From contig NW_005434606.1 of assembly GCF_000315625.1 (NCBI RefSeq), positions 24,057 to 88,056 of the forward strand: DNA of 64,000 nucleotides. Direction: 5' to 3'. The notes beneath the pieces were generated by a model that saw nothing but the letters and a program-made list of their open reading frames with translations, searched no databases and had not been told where the DNA came from. The first letter of the stretch is position 1; every line of letters begins with the position of its first letter. Below, in pieces: positions 58,059 through 64,000 of the stretch. The position numbers were made by a program, and so were the translations under genes. Source of the DNA: Guillardia theta CCMP2712. Its lineage: Eukaryota > Protista > Cryptophyta.

Positions 58059-60847
58059 ATGTCGGATATGTCGATTCCTCCCCCCCCTCCTGGGATCCGC
58101 CCTACGACCCCTATTCCCGTCTCCCACCAGAAGCTTCTGCTCCGTGCTCGCACCACCAATTCGCGGTCATTCAATCTCGACAGCATGCCGGAATCGCCTC
58201 CAGAAGAGAGCAGGAGCTACAGCAACCACAGCTTCGCCTCCTTCATGACTTCACTGAGCAGCTTTGAAAGCGCCTGTACTTGGCAGAATGCAAAGCTCAA
58301 ACTCGCCGACGAGCCAGGCTTGGTTGCGGTCAGCCAGTCACCTGACGGCAAGAGGCTGGCGGCAGGAGGAGGCAACGTGCTGTCGATCCTGGATATGAGT
58401 GAGCTCACCCGCCGTGGAGGAAACATGAAGGTCATTCAGAACATCCTTGCCAAGAGCAGGATGGAGACTCAAAGGTCAGCTCGTCACAAGTCTGCTGGTA
58501 ACGTCCAGGACTTGCGCTGGCATCCTGCATCGCAACAGTTTATCGCGTCCGCTGCATCCAACGGCTCGATCCTCCTCTGGGACATAACCACCAATGGCAA
58601 CGTGGTGTGGGAAGGGAAAGACCACACCAGGACTGTGTGGAGGCTTGCGTGGTGCCAACCGAGCGGTAATGAGTACCTGCTATGCAGCGGCTCTCTCGAT
58701 GGGACGATCAGATTGTGGGACCGTCGGGGCAGCTGCCACAGCTGCATCTCCATCAGCAAGCACAACCAGCAGGAGGCCGTGAGGGACCTCAGAGTTTGCG
58801 GGGCCGACCCTTGGAAGCTAGCAGCTGGGCTGGAATGTGGAAACGAGGGAGCGATCGTCGTTTGGGACCTGCGTGCTCCCCAGCAGAAGCCTCTTTTCCG
58901 CGTGAAGGAAGAGACGGCAGTTCATGCGGTTGACTGGCACCCCGAGCACTCGTCGATCCTTGCGACTGGGCGAGCATCGAGAGCGCATGCTGCCGGTTGC
59001 CTGAAAGTCTGGGACATGAAGGAGGCAGGAGATGGGACGGAGGCGCTTCCTATTGCCAAGATCATCACCCCAGACGGCGTGTCCAACATCATGTGGAGGC
59101 CAACCTACCGCACTCACGTCGCCACCACCTACATGAGCAGGCTCGCTAACGTACACGTGTGGGACCTGCCGAGTTTCTGGACGCCTCTAGCGAGCCTGTG
59201 CGGTCATACGAAGCCCGTCACAGACATGGTGTGGCAAGATGCGCATGTGTTCTCGCAGCCAAACCAGCTGTCGGACGACTGCTGCTGGATATTCTCCTGC
59301 TCCAAGGACGGCACAGTACAGCGCCAGCACCTGCAGAACGGCTACCTTCCCTTCCGCCATATGCGCAACTCCACCTTCTCTGCCGACTGCTACGGCGATG
59401 TCTACAGCTCTTACTCCAAGGTCAATCGTGACACTTCTCAGCTCACCGAGAAGACGCCCAACGCCCGTCAGATGGCGAAGTCCGGCAGCTTCCTCCATGT
59501 CTTCCCCTCCCTGCCAAAGGGCAAGCCAGCAAGGAAAGCCGGAGGCCCCCTCAGTCGGGCCAGCAGCGGGGGCTCCATAGCAGGAGCGGGAGCAGGAGCA
59601 GGAGACAGCGAGGTGGTAGTGATGAGGAAACTAGCATCCCGGTACGCTGTCGGGGGAGGAACATGGAAAGAGCTGTGCCGCACGAACAACCGAGCATGCC
59701 TGGATCTCGGGCTGACACACACGGCAGCAAGCTGGAGCTTCTTGTCGAAACTGTCTGAAGGGTCGGAGGTCCAGGGAGAGAGACATGGAGGGGGGTCAAG
59801 CTCGAGGCCAGAGATCAACTGCCCGCCTTCTATCTCCTTCTCCTCCACCCCAGACCTTGTTGATCCCCTCTTGGGCGACATGATGCGGAATGCGTGCCTG
59901 TGCGGCGACGTTGTCACGTGCGCTACGATGGCTCTCGTGCTCGGCAGGTGAACATCCTGTGGGGTTGAAAGGAGTGGAGGGGCCAGGGGAGACACTTGAC
60001 GGGAGGAAGGAGGTAGAGAAGAGGTGATCGAGGAGACTTGAGCATGATAGGGGAGGGAGGAGCGTGTATGTGTCTTGTGCAAAGCATGGTATTGGCATAG
60101 AGCTGAGCAGAGACGAGTCAAAGAGGGCAGATGTGATTCCCTAGAAGGGGAGCCATAGGAGCGGGAGTTTGGGGTGGGTGGGGCAATGAAATGTTTCCGC
60201 AGGTCCAGTCTGGAGAGGATAGGAGTAACGAAGCTCGAGTTCGTCTCATGGCTGAACGGCTACCTCGACTTGCTCTTCAAGCTTCGACTCTACAGTATCG
60301 CCGCTGTGGTTATGAAGAGCTGCGGAGGAAGCGGCGAGGGACTTGACGAGTCGGACGCCATCGTGCAGATTGCACAGAGGAACATGCGCAACACCAGCGT
60401 GCGGGTCAAATTCGGCAGCTGGAGGACCAAGAAGGATGCCAAGAAGACTGCTGCCGCTCAGCTGAGGGATGATCAGGGAGTGAGCAGGGAAGGAGCGCTG
60501 GTTCCCCCGGGGTAAGGAAAAACTCACCCTCCTCCTCCTCACTTGCTGTAACGCTCGTGCACACTGCAGCAGCCCCAAGAGCCCTAGCAGGATGCTCCCT
60601 CCTCTCCCCTCCAACGACTCCTTCCGCCTAGCCGCTGCGAGGGGACGGCATACACCGCTCCCTCAGCGAGCTGCGACTCTCCGAGCAGGCAGCGGGAGTC
60701 GCGAGGGCGCCGATTTCTCAAGCTCGGGGGACAACCTTGCGGGAGAGGACAGACCCTGGTTCGCCTGCTCCGGCTGCGATGTACGATGAAAGACTCGTTG
60801 ACACTGTTCTTTCTCTGCACGCTTCCCCTCCTCGTCCCATTCCGAGG

Positions 60848-60909
<62 letters not shown>

Positions 60910-61676
60910 ACCTGCTCCTGCTCCTGCTCCTGCTCCATCTCCTGCTCCTGCTCCTGCTCCTGCCCCTTCTCTTGGTCCTGCTCCATCTCCTGCCCCTGCT
61001 TCTACCCCTAACCTACTACTCCACCTATCTCAACAGTCATCTTCAGCGTGTCCCTTTCATCTACCTTCCTATCTCATCGTTGCTGCTGTCTCACTGTCCT
61101 CAGGTCAAAGTCAAGGGCGACACTCCCAACTGCAGCAACTGCGGGCACTCCGCAATCCGATGTGCAATCTGCAGGGTGAGACGACGAACGAACGAGTTCC
61201 TGTCCTCTTCCACCCTCCTTCTCTCTCCACCTGCTAGCCTCTCCTCTTCCCTTCTTTCCTCAGCCCTCTCCTCCTCCGTTTCCCTTGTGTTCTCCTCCTT
61301 CTCTGTCCCCACTCCCTCCTTCCCCCGATCTACTGTGTTTCCTTCTGGATGCCTCTTGCCTCCTCCCTCTACCCTACCTACCCTCTCCATCTTCTCTCCT
61401 TCCTATCTCCCTGACCGCTGCTGTCTCGTCCAGTTGTCTGTTCATGGCGCCTTCATGTGGTGCCAGGGCTGCGGGCATGGCGGTCACATGCAACACATGT
61501 ACAAGGTGTGAGAGTACCCTGCTGCTGCTGCTGCTGCCCTTGCACCTTCTTGTCTAATGCCCCTGCTTCCCTTCCCTCCTCCTCTCTCACGCCTTCTGTT
61601 CCAGTGGTTTCAACGGCACCCGTACTGCCCTGCAGGATGCGGGCACAAGTGCCTCCCGTCATCGGAGAGCCGATGA
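58059..61676 (+). CDS. WDR24: GATOR2/SEACAT subunit WDR24 (SEA2)-like: N-terminal WD40 propeller, C-terminal Zn-finger/RING; multi-exon
   Basis: WD40 repeats (HTRTVWRLAW..SGSLDGTIRLWD; EAVRDL; WRPTYRTHV), GDVVTCATMALVLG, WLNGYLDLLFKLRLY, and CSNC...CAICR|LSVHGAFMWCQGCGHGGHMQHMYK|WF...CPAGCGHKC; stop 61674-61676. Confidence 0.88.
60848..60965. repeat. (CTCCTG)n microsatellite in a WDR24 intron
   Basis: Seen directly; source of the PA/EQ/poly-L pseudo-ORFs. Confidence 0.95.
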
Positions 61677-62244
61677 GTGTAAACTAGTGACAGCGGCAAA
61701 CAAAATAAGCAAACTCAATTCAACTTGCCTTCTCCTTCTCCTTCTCCTTCTCCTTCTCCTTCTCTTTCTCCTCCTCCTTCAAAGCTTCCTCCGCAGCCTC
61801 TACCGTACTACTAGTAACAGTGACTTCTTGCTGTCGCCGAAGTTCGATTCATTGATGCCATAGTAGTCTCAAGACATCCTGCCCCCGGTCACACAGAACG
61901 GCTGTCGGACCGTCCGTGGCAGTCGGCCGCTGCCGCCAAGTTCCGAAACCCGGCACTGCCGTATGACCCGATCAACCCGGTTGGACATCCCGAAGTTCAA
62001 CGGCCACTGATACAGGCGCCCCCCCGGGCCCGGCGGGCTCCCCCGGGCCCACGGCCCCGGGCCCCGGCGGACCGTACCGTCCGAGTGGCCGGGCCCGGGG
62101 CGAGTCCCCGACAAAGTGACCTAGGATGATGGGCGACCTGAAGTTTGGGAAGCGATCCTCAGAGCGATCCTGTTCTGCTGCAGGTTCTGCTGCAGGTTCT
62201 GCTGCCTGTTCTGATCCTGTTGCTGTCCTGTTGTCCTGCTAGCA

Positions 62245-62500
62245 GTAGGAGGAGGGAGAGCAAGAGGAGGAGAGGAGAGGAAGTGAAGAAGGAGAAGAGA
62301 GGAGGAGAGGAGAGGAGAGGAAGAGAAGAGGGAGAAGTGAGGAGGAGAGGGTAGGAAGAGAAGAGGGAGAAGAGAGGAGGAGAGGGTAGGAGAGGAAGAG
62401 AAGAGGGAGAAGAGAGGAGGAGTGAAGAGGAGATGAAGAGGGAGAAGAGAGGAGGAGAGGGTAGGAGACGGGAGGGAACGAAAGAGAGAGAGGAGGAGCA
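62245..62500. repeat. Polypurine (GA-rich) degenerate repeat upstream of the SEL1-like gene
   Basis: Almost pure A/G tract. Confidence 0.85.
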
Positions 62501-62690
62501 AGCTCGTGCAGCGGCAATGTAAGGAGGTGGGGCGGGGGCGATTAGAGCGTTGAAGTGATCAGAGCAAACATCGACAGTTTGCGGAGACCACAAAGGAGGA
62601 CGAGAAGGAGGAGGACGAGAAGGAGGACGAGGAGGACGAGGACGAGGACGAGGAGTGACATGGATACTTGAGGCGAGTCAATCATCGACC

Positions 62691-64000
62691 ATGGCAAGGC
62701 TCAGGGCCTCTTGCTCTCTCCTTCTCTGTCTCATGCTTGTGGCGCCTCCACTCGCCGCTACAGATGAGGTGGACACGGCAGGGGAGGAAGGGACGGGGTT
62801 CGATGAGTTCGAGTACATCGAGACCCCCGACCTCGTTGACAGCAAGAGCGTCGGTGCTGCTTTTCTGCATGAGGATCCTGAGCCGATTGATACCAGCAAC
62901 ATGAGCATCTCCTTCATACATCCCCCTCCTGGCTACACGTTCACAAAGGACCCGTACGTTGAGGTAGGAGGGAGCGGCATACCGCAGGGATACAGCGGCA
63001 TGCTCTACTTTGGCAGCGGAAATCCCTTTCCTCTCTCCCTGCAAGAGCTCCCCCTCAACGTAGTGATCAGCGACCTGGCCCCTGGGAACTATTCCCTCAC
63101 CGTCATCATCCTCAACCACGAGCGACAGCCCACGGAGGTGCGAGCAGAGACCAACTTTGAGTTCCTCCCCCCCAACGTGGACGTGAAGAAGACGAGGAGC
63201 TCGGGGAAGTTCGACGCCAAGGTCTTCGAGATGTCTCAGAGGTTTCACCTTGCCGAGGTTGTGTCCTCCGGTTCTGAGGACGACAACCCCTTCCTGGACG
63301 CGTTCAGGTCGTACGCTAAGGGCAACGTCGACTGTGTTAGGTGCGAGGAGGATGAGATTCATGTCTCGGACGAGATCTATGCTCAAGTAGCCGTTAAGCT
63401 CTTCTCGAGAAGCAGCAGGGACATCGAGCAGGCCGTGGACATAGCCTACCACTGCGCCGAGATGGACAACTACAACTGCCTCTTCCTCGCCCTCGTCTTC
63501 GATAACATGCACCAGCGACTCGGGCTCTTGGGGCACGACGACGATAAGTTCCCCGTGCTCGAAAAGTGTGCCAAGGCAAGGAACCCGCTGTGCCAGCTCG
63601 CCCTCGGGTACCGCTACAGGAAGGGGATCAGCGTCCCCGAGAGCTGCGACCTGGCAGCCATGTACTACCGGCTAGCAGGAGACGTGTCTGTCATGTTCAG
63701 CCAGGAAGATGCAGGAAACGCTCCTCTGCACAACGTTCGTCTGCTCGAGTACACTGCTGTGTCTGCAGAGCAGGAGAAGGCTCAGGTCGAGGAGCTGCGG
63801 GTGGTGCAGGCGGAGCAGGGGAATGCAGATGCTGCTGCAGCCGTTGCGATCGACCGTTACTTCGGGACGAGCTACACTGGGTCCGGGAACAATGAGGAGG
63901 ATAAGAAGTCAGCAGCTCAGTTGTTCCAGCAGGTGATGATGGAGAAGATGCTGCTGCTGCTGGTGGTGGTTGTGGTTGTGGTTGTGGCTATGAATGTGGT
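62691..64000 (+). CDS. SEL1L/Hrd3-like secretory SEL1-repeat protein, 5' part (runs off the window; absent from the ORF track)
   Basis: ATG 62691 with signal peptide MARLRASCSLLLCLMLVAPPLAA. A continuous frame leads to NPLCQLALGYRYRKGISVPESCDLAAMYYRLA and QAEQGNADA (SEL1L signature). Probable donor at ~63933. Confidence 0.75.
   Translation, partial: MARLRASCSLLLCLMLVAPPLAATDEVDTAGEEGTGFDEFEYIETPDLVDSKSVGAAFLHEDPEPIDTSNMSISFIHPPPGYTFTKDPYVEVGGSGIPQGYSGMLYFGSGNPFPLSLQELPLNVVISDLAPGNYSLTVIILNHERQPTEVRAETNFEFLPPNVDVKKTRSSGKFDAKVFEMSQRFHLAEVVSSGSEDDNPFLDAFRSYAKGNVDCVRCEEDEIHVSDEIYAQVAVKLFSRSSRDIEQAVDIAYHCAEMDNYNCLFLALVFDNMHQRLGLLGHDDDKFPVLEKCAKARNPLCQLALGYRYRKGISVPESCDLAAMYYRLAGDVSVMFSQEDAGNAPLHNVRLLEYTAVSAEQEKAQVEELRVVQAEQGNADAAAAVAIDRYFGTSYTGSGNNEEDKKSAAQLFQQVMMEKMLLLLVVVVVVVVAMNV

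Noticed and set aside
60663-61511. Poly-Leu, EQ and PA ORFs
   Set aside because: Intronic (CTCCTG)n repeat within WDR24; only the Cys-rich exon parts are coding.

Overview
Eukaryotic nuclear DNA with short (~43-110 nt) GT-AG introns, microsatellite-rich introns and a signal-peptide + Phe + transit-peptide leader. This fits an alga with a complex red plastid, e.g. a cryptophyte such as Guillardia theta (inferred, not verified). Genes: an intron-rich hypothetical gene, a BTB-R2R3 Myb fusion, a probably plastid-targeted SAM methyltransferase, ORC4 with a long N-terminal extension and a FEN1 fragment lying antisense in one intron (beside an N gap), a STE11/NPK1-type MAPKKK, ATG8, an LRR protein, WDR24/SEA2 and the 5' part of a SEL1L/Hrd3-like gene. 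The standout is a head-to-head pair of ~4,100-aa genes sharing a ~1.1-kb spacer. On the + strand is an RNF213-like AAA+/RZ-finger protein. On the - strand is a 4-exon, ~4,079-aa protein, split into three ORFs in the track, with an intact vWA/MIDAS domain between two copies of an AAA+-plus-helical module (one degenerate, one with near-canonical motifs). This is a candidate undescribed two-component, cell-autonomous defence or ubiquitylation system. All family calls come from motif recognition by eye; no database searches were run.
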